From Hyphomicrobiales bacterium (GTDB taxonomy: Bacteria > Pseudomonadota > Alphaproteobacteria > Rhizobiales > JAKPQE01): a stretch of 64,000 nt of DNA. The stretch lies in assembly GCA_041397845.1 (NCBI GenBank), contig JAWKVW010000006.1, forward strand, positions 6,061-70,060, in the 5' to 3' direction. Shown in pieces: positions 43,857-53,312 of this stretch (positions are counted from its first letter, which is position 1; every line of letters begins with the position of its first letter). The notes under the pieces are model-generated. The model did not search any database. It had not been told where the DNA came from and worked only from the letters and a program-made list of their open reading frames with translations. Position numbers and translations under genes: made by a program.

Positions 43857-44546
43857 ATGGGCAGGGATCGGGCAAGGGGCGATGCGAGGCGCCCGGACGA
43901 GGCGGAGCGCAAGATGGGCCTTTTCGACCGCTTCCGGCGCCGCTCGCGGATCGCGGACATCGCGGCGCTTGGCGATTTTCTCGACAGCCGCGCGGCGTTT
44001 CTCGTGCAGAAATGCGTTTTCGAATATTCCCGCGCCCGGGCCGGCATCCTCTGGCAGAAACTCTTCAAGGAAGAGGCGTTCGTTGCCGCGGTCGATGCGG
44101 CGCGCTGGCGCAACTATCCGCTCGGCGTCGCCCATGTCGGCCGGATGGTCGAGGCAAGCCTTCGCCCGCCGGACGAGGCCGAGGCGGGCCGCGTTGCCGC
44201 CGCCATCGCCATTGTCGCCCGGTCGGTCATCGATCGGCATGGTGTGCCGGCAGCGCTGGCCGAGGCCGAATGGCTCGGTGCCAGGGAAGACGCAGTCGGG
44301 CGAATTGCGGCGGCAGCGCTCGCGGCAAGGCCGGCCGTCAAGGACATCCCGCTCGATACGGCGCAGCGGTTCTTCGACCAGTTGCCGATCCATCCAAGCC
44401 TGCGTGGCGAGGACTTCGAACTCGTCAGCAACAACCTGCGGTCCAATCTCTGCCAGATCCACGAGGATTTCTCGGCGAGAGCGGACGGGCGGGCGCTTCT
44501 TGCCGCCCTCCTTGCCGGGAGCGGCGGCCCGGCGGACAGGCCCTGA
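43857..44546 (+). CDS. Conserved hypothetical protein
   Basis: MGLFDRFRRRSRIADIAALGDFLDSRAAFLVQKCVFEYSRARAGILWQKLFKEEAFVAAVDAARWRNYPLGVAHVGRMVEASLRP; could start at 43914. Confidence 0.75.
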   Translation: MGRDRARGDARRPDEAERKMGLFDRFRRRSRIADIAALGDFLDSRAAFLVQKCVFEYSRARAGILWQKLFKEEAFVAAVDAARWRNYPLGVAHVGRMVEASLRPPDEAEAGRVAAAIAIVARSVIDRHGVPAALAEAEWLGAREDAVGRIAAAALAARPAVKDIPLDTAQRFFDQLPIHPSLRGEDFELVSNNLRSNLCQIHEDFSARADGRALLAALLAGSGGPADRP

Positions 44547-44675
44547 GCGAGGCGGGACGCACGGCAGGGCTTGATTTGGCGGGCGCGATGCAGTTCCAAT
44601 CGCAATAACAAAAATGGCGGGGGATCGCCCGAAACGGGCGGCGGGCGGCCTCGTCAATCCCGGGGGGAGGGACAC

Positions 44676-46817
44676 TTGATTCATACCGCCAGCGGCACCA
44701 CGCCGCTCATCGCCATTGATGCCGTCGTGCTCGACACGGAAACGACCGGCCTCGACACCAACAAGGCCCGTCTCGTGCAGATCGGCGCCGTCCGGCTGCG
44801 CAACGGCATCATCGCGACCGACGAGACGTTCGACACGCTGATTGATCCCGGCATTCCGATTCCGCCGGCAACGACGGCGATCCACCACATCGACGATGCC
44901 ATGGTGGTCGGGGCGCCGACCTTTCCGGACGTGCGCGAGAAGCTGCGCGAATTCATCGGCAGCTCGATCGTCATCGGCCACTCGATCGGCTTCGACCTGG
45001 CGATGCTGCGGCGGGAATGCAAGCTGGCAACGCTGATGTTCGCGGTGCCCCGCACGCTCGATACGCGCCTCCTTGCACAAATCGCCAACCCGAAGCTGCC
45101 GGACTTCTCGATGGAGATGATCGGCAAGTGGCTCGGCGTCGAGCTCTCCGACCGGCACACGGCGCTCGGCGATGCGATCGCGACAGCGAAACTGTTCCAG
45201 GCGCTCATTCCGAAGCTGCGCGAGGGCGGCATCCGCACCGTCGCCGAGGCCGAGAAAGCCTGCCGCCAGCTCACCGAAGTGCTTGAGGAGCACCAGCGTG
45301 CCGGCTGGATGGAACCGGTCGCGCCGCCGAGCCGGGCCGATGCCGAGCGTACCCTCGCCCGGCTCGACAGCTATCCCTACCGGCACCGGGTGCGCGACGT
45401 GATGAGCCGGACGCCAGCGATCATCGCGGCCGGCACGAGCCTCAACGATGCCATGCAGCAGATGGTCGAGCGGCGGATCTCCTCGGTCTTTGCCTGCGAG
45501 CGGATGCCGGCCGAGGGCGCGGCGCCGGAAGCGGGGAAAACCGGCATCATCACCGAGCGCGATGTCCTCAGGGCGATCGCCCTCAACGGCCCCGGCGCCC
45601 TCGTGCGGCCGGTCGGCGACTTCATGTCGAAGCCGCTCGCGGCCATCCCGGAAGAGGCGTTCATCTACCGCGCCGTCGGCCGCATGAGCCGGCTCAAGGT
45701 GCGCCATCTCGGCGTCACCAACGAGCGCGGCGAACTGGTCGGGGCGCTGTCGGCGCGCGACCTGCTGCGCCTTCGGGCCAGCGAGGCGATTTCGCTCGGC
45801 GACGAAATCGACGAGGCGGCCTCGGTACCGGAGCTTGGCGCTGCCTGGGCCAAGCTGCCGATGGTGGCGCGCAGCCTCGTCGAGGAAGACGTCGGCGCGC
45901 GCGAGGTCGCGGCCGTCATCAGCCGGGAAATCGGCGCCCTCGTGCGCAAGGCCGCGACGATGGCCGAGGCGCGGATGGAAACGTGTGGCCAGGGCCTGCC
46001 GCCGGTGCCCTATGCGCTGCTGGTGCTCGGCTCTGCCGGGCGCGGGGAAAGCCTCCTTTCCGCCGACCAGGACACGGCCATCGTCTATGAAAGCGGCGTG
46101 CCGGACGGGCCAGAGGACAGGTGGTTCGCGACCTTCTCGGCCCATGTCGGCGACATCCTGAACGAGGTCGGCCTGCCCTATTGCCGTGGCGGCGTGATGG
46201 CGCGAAACGCGGAATGGCGCGGCAGCCTTCAGACCTGGATGGAGCGGATCGACGGCTGGGTGCGGCGGTCGCGGCCGGAAGACCTGCTCTCCGTCGACAT
46301 CTTCTTCGATCTCCGGGTCGTCCACGGCGATGCCGGCCTTGGCCACAAGCTGCTGACGGAGGCCTATGGACGCGGCCACCGGGCGGCCGGCTTTGCCAAG
46401 CTGCTGGCGGAGATCGGCGACGCCTACCGGCCGCCGGTCAATTTCCTCGGCGGCTTCAAGACCGAGTTCGGCCGGCTCGACCTGAAGAAGGGCGGGCTCT
46501 TTCCCGTGGTCTCGGCGGCGCGGGTGCTGGCGATCCGGCACAATGTCGTGCGCCGGGCGACGAAGGACCGGCTCGATGCGCTGCGCAGCATGAACATCGG
46601 CGGCGAGACCGACCTTGCCCGGCTCAACGCCGCGCACGAGCTGGTGCTGCGGCTCATCCTGCGCCAGCAGGTTGCCGACAGCGTCGAGGGCCATCCGCTG
46701 TCCAGCTCGGTCCGGGTCCGGGATCTCGACCGCGTCGAGGCGGACGAACTGAAGGCAGCACTCACCGCGCTCGGCCATGCGATGGAGCTGGTTCGCGACC
46801 TCCTGTTCGCGCGATAG
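44676..46817 (+). CDS. DnaQ-like 3'-5' exonuclease / CBS domains / DUF294 nucleotidyltransferase fusion
   Basis: VVLDTETTGLDTNKARLVQIGAV (ExoI), HSIGFDLAMLRRE, LSDRHTALGDAIATAKLF (ExoIII); VRDVMSRTPAIIAAGTSLNDAMQQM and VGDFMSKPLAAIPEEAFIYRAVGRMSRLKVRHLGVTNERGELVGALSARDLLRLR (CBS); LLVLGSAGRGESLLSADQDTAIVYE (nucleotidyltransferase). TTG start after GGGGGGAGGG. Confidence 0.88.
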   Translation: MIHTASGTTPLIAIDAVVLDTETTGLDTNKARLVQIGAVRLRNGIIATDETFDTLIDPGIPIPPATTAIHHIDDAMVVGAPTFPDVREKLREFIGSSIVIGHSIGFDLAMLRRECKLATLMFAVPRTLDTRLLAQIANPKLPDFSMEMIGKWLGVELSDRHTALGDAIATAKLFQALIPKLREGGIRTVAEAEKACRQLTEVLEEHQRAGWMEPVAPPSRADAERTLARLDSYPYRHRVRDVMSRTPAIIAAGTSLNDAMQQMVERRISSVFACERMPAEGAAPEAGKTGIITERDVLRAIALNGPGALVRPVGDFMSKPLAAIPEEAFIYRAVGRMSRLKVRHLGVTNERGELVGALSARDLLRLRASEAISLGDEIDEAASVPELGAAWAKLPMVARSLVEEDVGAREVAAVISREIGALVRKAATMAEARMETCGQGLPPVPYALLVLGSAGRGESLLSADQDTAIVYESGVPDGPEDRWFATFSAHVGDILNEVGLPYCRGGVMARNAEWRGSLQTWMERIDGWVRRSRPEDLLSVDIFFDLRVVHGDAGLGHKLLTEAYGRGHRAAGFAKLLAEIGDAYRPPVNFLGGFKTEFGRLDLKKGGLFPVVSAARVLAIRHNVVRRATKDRLDALRSMNIGGETDLARLNAAHELVLRLILRQQVADSVEGHPLSSSVRVRDLDRVEADELKAALTALGHAMELVRDLLFAR

Positions 46818-46925
46818 GGAAATACCGCACGGCTATCCCGGCCATCGGATTTCCTGCTAGGGTGCCGCCGGGCCGGCCGGCGAGTCGCCGGCCGCAGCTT
46901 TGGAACAGGCGACCAGGAGCGTCAG

Positions 46926-47351
46926 ATGTTCAAGGAATTCAAGGAATTCGCCGTCAAGGGCAATGTCATCGACATGGCTGTCGGCATCATGATCGGCGCG
47001 GCTTTCGGCGCCGTGGTCTCGACGCTCGTCGACAACATCATCATGCCGCCGATCGGCCTCATCCTCGGCAATTTCGACTTCTCGGAACTGTTCATCACGC
47101 TGAAGCAGGGCATGCCGGAAGGACCCTATGCGACGGTCCAGGCGGCCAAGGATGCCGGCGCCGTCACCTGGAACATCGGCCTCTTCATCAATGCGGTGAT
47201 CAAGTTCGTCATCATCTCGTTTGCGCTCTTCCTCGTGGTCAAGGGCATCAACCGGCTGAAGCGCGAGGAAGAGGCCAAGCCGGCCGAGCCGCCGGCACCG
47301 CCGCGCAACGAGCAGCTTCTCGAGGAAATCCGGGATCTTCTCAAGAAATGA
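46926..47351 (+). CDS. mscL: Large-conductance mechanosensitive channel
   Basis: [48 protein letters not shown]...[31 protein letters not shown]. Confidence 0.96.
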   Translation: MFKEFKEFAVKGNVIDMAVGIMIGAAFGAVVSTLVDNIIMPPIGLILGNFDFSELFITLKQGMPEGPYATVQAAKDAGAVTWNIGLFINAVIKFVIISFALFLVVKGINRLKREEEAKPAEPPAPPRNEQLLEEIRDLLKK

Positions 47352-48544
47352 GCGACGCGGCACTTCTCGCCGCCCTTCGCCCCGAGGCGCGCAACGCGCC
47401 GGGCAGCGGCATCGTCGAGGTCATGTCGTACGGCTTCGGCCGCGACGGCATGATTCCGCTCTGGGCCGGCGAGGGCGACCTGCCGACACCGGAGTTCATC
47501 CGCAAGGCGGCGATGGACTCACTTGCCGCCGGCGAGACCTTCTACACCTATCAGGGCGGCCTGCCGGCGCTGCGCGAGGCGATCGCCGCCTATCACGGCC
47601 GCCTTTATGGCGGCACTTTCGATCCGACCGAGTTTCTCGTCACCGGCTCGGGCATGCAGTCGATCAAGCTGGCGCTGGAGCTTGTTGCCGGGGCCGGCGA
47701 CGATGTCGTCATCCCGAGCCCGGCCTGGCCGAACATCACGGCAGCGGTCGGCGTTTTCGGGGCGCGGCCGGTGGAAGTGCCGATGGTGCTCGGCAATGCC
47801 GGCTGGAAGCTCGACCTCGACCAGCTCTTTGCCGCTTGCGGCGCCAGGGCGAAAGCGATTTTCCTCAACTCGCCGTGCAATCCGACGGGCTGGACGGCGA
47901 CGCGCGAGGAGCTTGTCGCGATCCTCGACTTTGCCCGCCAGCGCGGCATCTGGATCATCGCCGACGAGATCTATGCCCGCTTTTCCTATGGCCGCGACCG
48001 GTCGCCATCGTTCCGCGACGTCGCCGTGGCGGACGACCGCATTCTCTACGTCAACACCTTCTCCAAGAACTGGGCGATGACCGGCTGGCGCGTCGGCTGG
48101 CTCGGCGCGCCGAAGGCACTGGCGCCGACGATCGAGAACCTCATCCAGTATTCGACCTCGGGCGTTGCGGTCTTCATGCAGCGGGCCGCGATCGCCGCGC
48201 TCGATCAAGGCGAAGCATTCATTGCCGAACAGGTGGCACGGGCAGCGACCGGGCGCGACATCGTCTGCTCGGCGCTCGAGGCGACGGGCCAGGTTCGGCT
48301 GCAGCGGCCGGACGGCGCGTTCTACCTGTTCTTTGCCATCGACGGGGAGCCGGACACGCGCAAGCTCGGGCTCAGGCTGGTCGATGAAGCCAATATCGGC
48401 CTGGCGCCGGGCACCGCCTTCGGGGCCGGCGGCGACGGCTACCTGCGGCTCTGCTTTGCCCGTTCCGCCGACAGCCTATCGCGCGCGACCGGGCGGCTCG
48501 TCGAATGGCTGGAGCGCCGGCCGAAGGGCGGGTCGGGCCGATGA
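47348..48544 (+). CDS. Class I/II pyridoxal-phosphate-dependent aminotransferase
   Basis: [15 protein letters not shown]...[21 protein letters not shown]...[16 protein letters not shown]...[11 protein letters not shown]...[17 protein letters not shown]; ATGA overlap with mscL. Confidence 0.92.
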   Translation: MSDAALLAALRPEARNAPGSGIVEVMSYGFGRDGMIPLWAGEGDLPTPEFIRKAAMDSLAAGETFYTYQGGLPALREAIAAYHGRLYGGTFDPTEFLVTGSGMQSIKLALELVAGAGDDVVIPSPAWPNITAAVGVFGARPVEVPMVLGNAGWKLDLDQLFAACGARAKAIFLNSPCNPTGWTATREELVAILDFARQRGIWIIADEIYARFSYGRDRSPSFRDVAVADDRILYVNTFSKNWAMTGWRVGWLGAPKALAPTIENLIQYSTSGVAVFMQRAAIAALDQGEAFIAEQVARAATGRDIVCSALEATGQVRLQRPDGAFYLFFAIDGEPDTRKLGLRLVDEANIGLAPGTAFGAGGDGYLRLCFARSADSLSRATGRLVEWLERRPKGGSGR

Positions 48545-48626
48545 GCCGCGATCCGCAAGGCGACACAGGAGCGCCGGCACCGGACCCCCAGACACGCTCC
48601 CGGTCACGGGGCGGGGAGACCTGCCC

Positions 48627-49241
48627 GTGACCGGCGGCGACACAGTCTTCATCGTCGACAGCGACGCCGATGACCGCGAGACGCTCGGAGCGCTGTTCGC
48701 GGCGGCCGGGTTCACGGTCGCGGCATTCGATTGTGGCGAAGCCCTGTTCGCGGCCGGCAGGACGGCGGCAAGGAGCTGCGTCGTCCTCGACATCGCAACG
48801 GCAACCTGCGGAACACCGGGCCTTGAGACGCTCGGCCGGCTGGTTGCCGAGGATGTGGCACGCCCCGTCATCGTCATCTCCGGACAGGGCGACATCCCGA
48901 CGGCGGTCGCGGCGATCAAGGAAGGGGCGCGCGATTTCATCGAGAAACCGATCGACGGCGAGCGGCTCGTCGAGCTGGTGCGATCGGCGCTCGCCGATTG
49001 CGCGGGCGCGCCGGCGGACGAGACCTGTCCCGATTTTCCGGGCCGGGCGCTGCTGACGCCGCGCGAGCAGCAGGTGCTCGGCCAGATCACCGCCGGGCAT
49101 TCCAACAAGGAGGCCGGCCGGCGCCTCGGCATCTCGCCGCGCACGGTCGAGGTGCACCGTGCCCGGATCATGGAAAAGCTCGGCGCCAAGAATGCCGCCG
49201 ACCTCGTGCGCATCGCGCTGACCGGCGGCAAGGCCGGCTGA
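48627..49241 (+). CDS. FixJ-like response regulator (REC + LuxR HTH)
   Basis: VFIVDSDADDRETLGALFAAAGFTVAAFDCGEALF...CVVLDIATATCGTPGLETLGRL...VIVISGQGDIPTAVAAIKEGARDFIEKPID...LTPREQQVLGQITAGHSNKEAGRRLGISPRTVEVHRARIMEKLGAKNAADLVRIAL. Confidence 0.9.
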   Translation: MTGGDTVFIVDSDADDRETLGALFAAAGFTVAAFDCGEALFAAGRTAARSCVVLDIATATCGTPGLETLGRLVAEDVARPVIVISGQGDIPTAVAAIKEGARDFIEKPIDGERLVELVRSALADCAGAPADETCPDFPGRALLTPREQQVLGQITAGHSNKEAGRRLGISPRTVEVHRARIMEKLGAKNAADLVRIALTGGKAG

Positions 49242-49294
49242 GGCAAATCCCGCGGAAGGCCGGAAGGCCGGCGCTCCGCCATCCGCGTCCGGCC

Positions 49295-49308
49295 TTGACG
49301 TGCGTCAA
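49295..49308. promoter_or_regulatory. FNR/FixK-type box TTGAC-GTGC-GTCAA
   Basis: Perfect dyad TTGACGTGCGTCAA in the intergenic region upstream of the Crp/Fnr gene. Confidence 0.6.
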
Positions 49309-49648
49309 CGCGCGACCGCGCGACTGCCCCTAATTTCAGCATCGGAATCGGAGTGCCCTCTCCGGTGCCATCCTTGGCTGCCGGCTCCCAGCGGCGGCTT
49401 TCGAATCGTTTCCCCGCGCCGATGGCGTGTGCGGCTGCCGACAGGCCGATCCGACGGAGCATGCTTCGGCGGCTATTCTTGTTTTTCCATACGTGTTTTT
49501 ACGTAAGTAGGTCCCCCAATGTCTCGACGCGGGACGTTTGGCTATGTTTTTTCACGGAAAAGCGCTTCCGGTCGCGTCGAACCACCGATTCCGGAATCGT
49601 CACTGCCCCAAAAATGGGCTAGAACGGTTCCTAAGAGGGCAAAAGACA

Positions 49649-50359
49649 ATGGCTTATCTCGACCGGCAGACGGCGACACAGGGCGACGGACTTAGCGAGT
49701 CGACACGCGGCGAGCGGGCATGGTCGGATTTCATGGCCTTGCCGCGCGTGAAGCGCCTGGCGCTCAGCGAACATGAAGCCGTGTTTTTCGAGGGCGACCG
49801 GGCCGACCGGTTGTTCGAAATCACCGACGGCGCGGTGATGCTCTACAAGCTGCTGCCGGACGGACGGCGGCAGGTGGTCGAGGTCCTGGGCAGCGGCGAC
49901 CTGCTCGGCCTGCAAGCCTCGCATCTTTACGACTGCTCGGCCGAGACGCTCATTCCCAGCCGGCTGCGGGCGATCGACCGGAACGACCTTGACACCTATC
50001 CGGAACTGCAAACCCATGTGAACCGCTGCCTGCTCGGGCAGTTGCAGACGATGCACGAGCACGCGGTGCTGCTCGGCCGCAAGTCGGCCTTCGAACGGGT
50101 GACGTCGTTCCTGATGCGCTTCGTGCCGAAGCGCGGTGCGATCGGCTGCGAGGGGCCGGTCAAGGGTTCGCCGGACGAGAAGGTCATCGTGCTGGCAATG
50201 ACCCGTCAGGAGATCGCCGACTATCTCGGCCTGACGATCGAGACGGTGTCGCGGGTGTTTTCCGACCTGCGCCGGCGCGGTCTCATCACCGCCGAAAAGC
50301 ATGATCGGGTGCGCATTCTCGACATCTGCGGCCTGTGCAAGCTGACCGGCACGCACTGA
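49649..50359 (+). CDS. Crp/Fnr family transcriptional regulator, FnrN/FixK-like
   Basis: EHEAVFFEGDRADRLFEITDGAVMLYKLLPDGRRQVVEVLGSGDLLGL...MTRQEIADYLGLTIETVSRVFSDLRRRGLI. Confidence 0.92.
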   Translation: MAYLDRQTATQGDGLSESTRGERAWSDFMALPRVKRLALSEHEAVFFEGDRADRLFEITDGAVMLYKLLPDGRRQVVEVLGSGDLLGLQASHLYDCSAETLIPSRLRAIDRNDLDTYPELQTHVNRCLLGQLQTMHEHAVLLGRKSAFERVTSFLMRFVPKRGAIGCEGPVKGSPDEKVIVLAMTRQEIADYLGLTIETVSRVFSDLRRRGLITAEKHDRVRILDICGLCKLTGTH

Positions 50360-50398
50360 CGGCCGCGGCCGCCCGCCTTCCCGCTTTTACATTCCCGC

Positions 50399-51847
50399 TC
50401 AGGGCTCAGCCGCCGTGCCGGCCTCCTGCGTCAGCAGGATGACGAAGGTCGCGCCGGGGGTTCCGTCCTTCAGCGCGAGCGTCCCGCCATGGGCGCGCAC
50501 GAGTTCGGCGGCAATCGCCAGGCCAAGGCCGGTGCCACCAGGACGGGCCGAGCCCTCGAAGGCCCGGAACAGGTTTTCGCGGGCCTTTTTCGGCACGCCG
50601 GGGCCGGTGTCGGTGACCTCGATGCGCACGCCACGGCTTTCCCGACCGGCAGCAATCGCCAGCCGCCGGATGATGGCGGGATCGTCCTCGCCCTCCATCG
50701 CCTGAACGGCATTGCGGCAGAGATTGACGAGGACGCGGAAGAGCTGTTCCGGGTCGGCCTCGATCTCAAGGCCCTCCGGCACCTGATTTTCGAAGGCAAT
50801 CGTCGGATGCTCGCGCAAGGTGAGAACCTCGGCGACGTCCTCGACGAGGCGGTCGAGCGCGAGCAGGCGGCGAACCGGCGGCTGCTCCTCGGCCCGGCCA
50901 TAGGTCAGCGTCGACTGGCAATAGGCAATGGCGCGGTCGAGGGCGCCGATGAGCTTTGGCGCAAAGCGCTGCACCGTCGGATCGGGCAAGGCGGTCAGGC
51001 GATCGGAAAAGAGCTGCGCCGAGGCGAGCAGGTTGCGCAGGTCGTGATTGATCTTGGAGACGGCAAGGCCGACATCGGCCAGGCGGCGCTGCTGCTTCAG
51101 CGTGCCGGCGAGCTGGCGCTGCATGGCGGCAAGACGTTCCTCGGCAAGGCCGACCTCGTCGTCCCGCCGGCTCGGCACGATGATGCGCGAGGGGTCTTCC
51201 GGGGCCTCGCTGAACCGGGCCATGGCGCCGGTCAGCCGGCGCATCGGGCGCACGAAAAGTCCGTTGAGACTGAAGAAGACGAGCGCCGCCGTGACCAGCG
51301 AGATGACCAGCGACAGCACGAGGATATTGCGCGAATAGCGCATCATCGCCTGACGCAGCGGCGTTTCGGAGAGGATGACCTCGAGGAACTCGCCGCCGCG
51401 CGGCGGCGCGCCGATGACGCGGATGGTGCGCTCGCCACCGACGACCAGCGTCTCGAATGCGTCGGCAATCGCGGTCAGCGGCCGGGCATCGCGCAAATCG
51501 ACGTCGCGGGCAATCATTGCCGGCATTTCCGACATGGCGAGCAGGCGGCGCATGCCTTCGCTGCGCACCGCGACGGCCTCGGCGCCGATTGCCTTCAGCA
51601 GCTCGGTGCGCATGTCCTCGTTCAGCGACAGGTCGTTGCCTTCATGCTCGAGCAGCAGCGCGGCGACATTGGCGGTGGCGAGGCGGTCGCGCAGCCAGGT
51701 CAGCCGATAATTGGCGACCGAGGGCACGAAAATCGTCACTTCGGCGACCATGACAAAGACGATGGTGAGGACGAGCAGCTTGACGGACAGCCCCCGGAAG
51801 GGCCGCCGCCGGCGTTCGCTCGTCATGGCATCTTGGCTTTCGGTCAT
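50399..51847 (-). CDS. HAMP-containing sensor histidine kinase
   Basis: SKINHDLRNLLASAQLFSDRL (H box), VLVNLCRNAVQAMEG (N box), VTDTGPGVPKKARENLFRAFEGSARPGGTGLGLAIAAELVRAHGG. Confidence 0.9.
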   Translation of the reverse strand: MTESQDAMTSERRRRPFRGLSVKLLVLTIVFVMVAEVTIFVPSVANYRLTWLRDRLATANVAALLLEHEGNDLSLNEDMRTELLKAIGAEAVAVRSEGMRRLLAMSEMPAMIARDVDLRDARPLTAIADAFETLVVGGERTIRVIGAPPRGGEFLEVILSETPLRQAMMRYSRNILVLSLVISLVTAALVFFSLNGLFVRPMRRLTGAMARFSEAPEDPSRIIVPSRRDDEVGLAEERLAAMQRQLAGTLKQQRRLADVGLAVSKINHDLRNLLASAQLFSDRLTALPDPTVQRFAPKLIGALDRAIAYCQSTLTYGRAEEQPPVRRLLALDRLVEDVAEVLTLREHPTIAFENQVPEGLEIEADPEQLFRVLVNLCRNAVQAMEGEDDPAIIRRLAIAAGRESRGVRIEVTDTGPGVPKKARENLFRAFEGSARPGGTGLGLAIAAELVRAHGGTLALKDGTPGATFVILLTQEAGTAAEP

Positions 51848-51887
51848 GCCTGTCGCGGGTCTTTTCGGCGTATTGCCGCCAGATCGT

Positions 51888-53312
51888 TCAGCCGAAGCGG
51901 CGCAGAAACGCGATGATGCGGCGCGTCCAGGGGCTCGTCAAACTCGGGGTGTAGTAGGTAATGGCGGCACGGCGGGCAACCTCGGCACGGGTCGGGTAAG
52001 GAAAGACGAGGCCGGCGAGCGCGCCGACCTTCATCTTGCGGGCAACAGCCATGGCATAGAGCGGGATGAGCTCGCCGGCATCGCGGCCGACGACACCGGC
52101 GCCGACGATGCGGCCGCGCTTCGTCGCGATGATCTTGGCAAAGCCATGCCGGTCGCCTTCGGCGGTCGCCCGGTCGTTCTCGGCAAAGGGCCAGCGCAGC
52201 ACCCGGATCTCGCCATGCCGCTCGCGCGCCGCCGCTTCGCCGAGGCCGACGAAGGCAAGTTCGGGATCGGTGTAGGTGGTCCAGGGGATGATGTCACGGC
52301 GCTCGCTGACCGGCAGGCGGAAGAGGATCGCGCGCAGCACGAGGCCGGCGTGATAGTTGGCGACGTGGGTGAACTGATAGCTGCCGGCGACGTCGCCAAT
52401 GGCGTAGACGCGGCGATTGGTGGTGCGAAGACCAGTGTCGACGGCGATGCCGCGCTCGCCGAGCGCGACGCCGGCAAGCTCCAGGCCGAGATCCTCGACA
52501 TTGGGCCGGCGGCCGGCGGCGACCAGCAGATGGCTGCCGACAAGGGTCTCGACGCCGTCGCCCGCGGCAAGCTCGAGGGCAACGCCGGCGCCGTCGCGGC
52601 GGGCCGAGAGGATGCGGACGCCCTCGCGCAGCTCCACCCCGTCACGGCGAAGGGCATCGACGACGATCGCGGCAAGCTCAGGATCATCACGCGAGAGCGC
52701 GGCGGCGGCCTCGAGCACCACGACCTCGGCGCCAAGGCGGCGGAAGGCCTGCGCCAGTTCCATGCCGATCGGGCCGCCGCCGAGCACGAGCAGGCGGCGC
52801 GGCAGTTCGGTGAGCCCGAAGATGGTCTCGTTGGTCAGGAACGGCACTTCGGCTAGGCCGGGGATCGGGGGAATGCCGGCCCTCGACCCGGTGGCGATGA
52901 CGAAGCGGCGGGCACGGATGGTTTCGCCGCCGGCGGCGACGGTGTCGGGGCCGGTGAACCGGGCGGCGGCGCGGATGACCCGGACGCCGAGGCCGGCAAA
53001 GCGTTCCTCGGAATCGTTCGGCGCGATCTCGCCGATGACGCCGTGGACGTGGGCCATGACCCTCGCGAAATCGACTTGCGGCTCACCGGCGTCGATACCG
53101 AAGCGGCCGGCGGCACGGATGGCGGCAGCGGCGCGCGCGGCGGATATCAACGCCTTGGACGGCACGCAGCCGGGGTTGAGGCAATCGCCGCCCATGCGGT
53201 CCTTCTCGACGAGGACAACGGAGACGCCGAAGGCAGCGGCAGCTGCGGCGACCGACAGGCCGCCTGAGCCGGCGCCGATGACGCAGATATCGGGGCGAAG
53301 CTCGGCTGCCAT
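51888..53312 (-). CDS. Mercuric reductase/dihydrolipoamide dehydrogenase-like FAD oxidoreductase
   Basis: DICVIGAGSGGLSVAAAAAAFGVSVVLVEKDRMGGDCLNPGCVPSKALISAARAAAAI (redox CxxxxC), YAIGDVAGSYQFTHVANYHAGLVLRAILFRLP. Confidence 0.9.
   Translation of the reverse strand: MAAELRPDICVIGAGSGGLSVAAAAAAFGVSVVLVEKDRMGGDCLNPGCVPSKALISAARAAAAIRAAGRFGIDAGEPQVDFARVMAHVHGVIGEIAPNDSEERFAGLGVRVIRAAARFTGPDTVAAGGETIRARRFVIATGSRAGIPPIPGLAEVPFLTNETIFGLTELPRRLLVLGGGPIGMELAQAFRRLGAEVVVLEAAAALSRDDPELAAIVVDALRRDGVELREGVRILSARRDGAGVALELAAGDGVETLVGSHLLVAAGRRPNVEDLGLELAGVALGERGIAVDTGLRTTNRRVYAIGDVAGSYQFTHVANYHAGLVLRAILFRLPVSERRDIIPWTTYTDPELAFVGLGEAAARERHGEIRVLRWPFAENDRATAEGDRHGFAKIIATKRGRIVGAGVVGRDAGELIPLYAMAVARKMKVGALAGLVFPYPTRAEVARRAAITYYTPSLTSPWTRRIIAFLRRFG

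Noticed and set aside
43737-46778. 2183-aa minus ORF extending the hybrid kinase upstream across 44-46.7 kb
   Set aside because: The extension is antisense to the well-supported exonuclease/CBS/DUF294 and hypothetical genes; Arg/Asp/His-rich composition is typical of shadow ORFs in GC-rich DNA. The kinase starts at MLPGWVIIASALAYIGF (43736).
51888-53312. Functional mercury-resistance operon
   Set aside because: Only a MerA-like oxidoreductase is present; no merR, merT or merP and no N-terminal HMA domain, so mercury detoxification is not supported.
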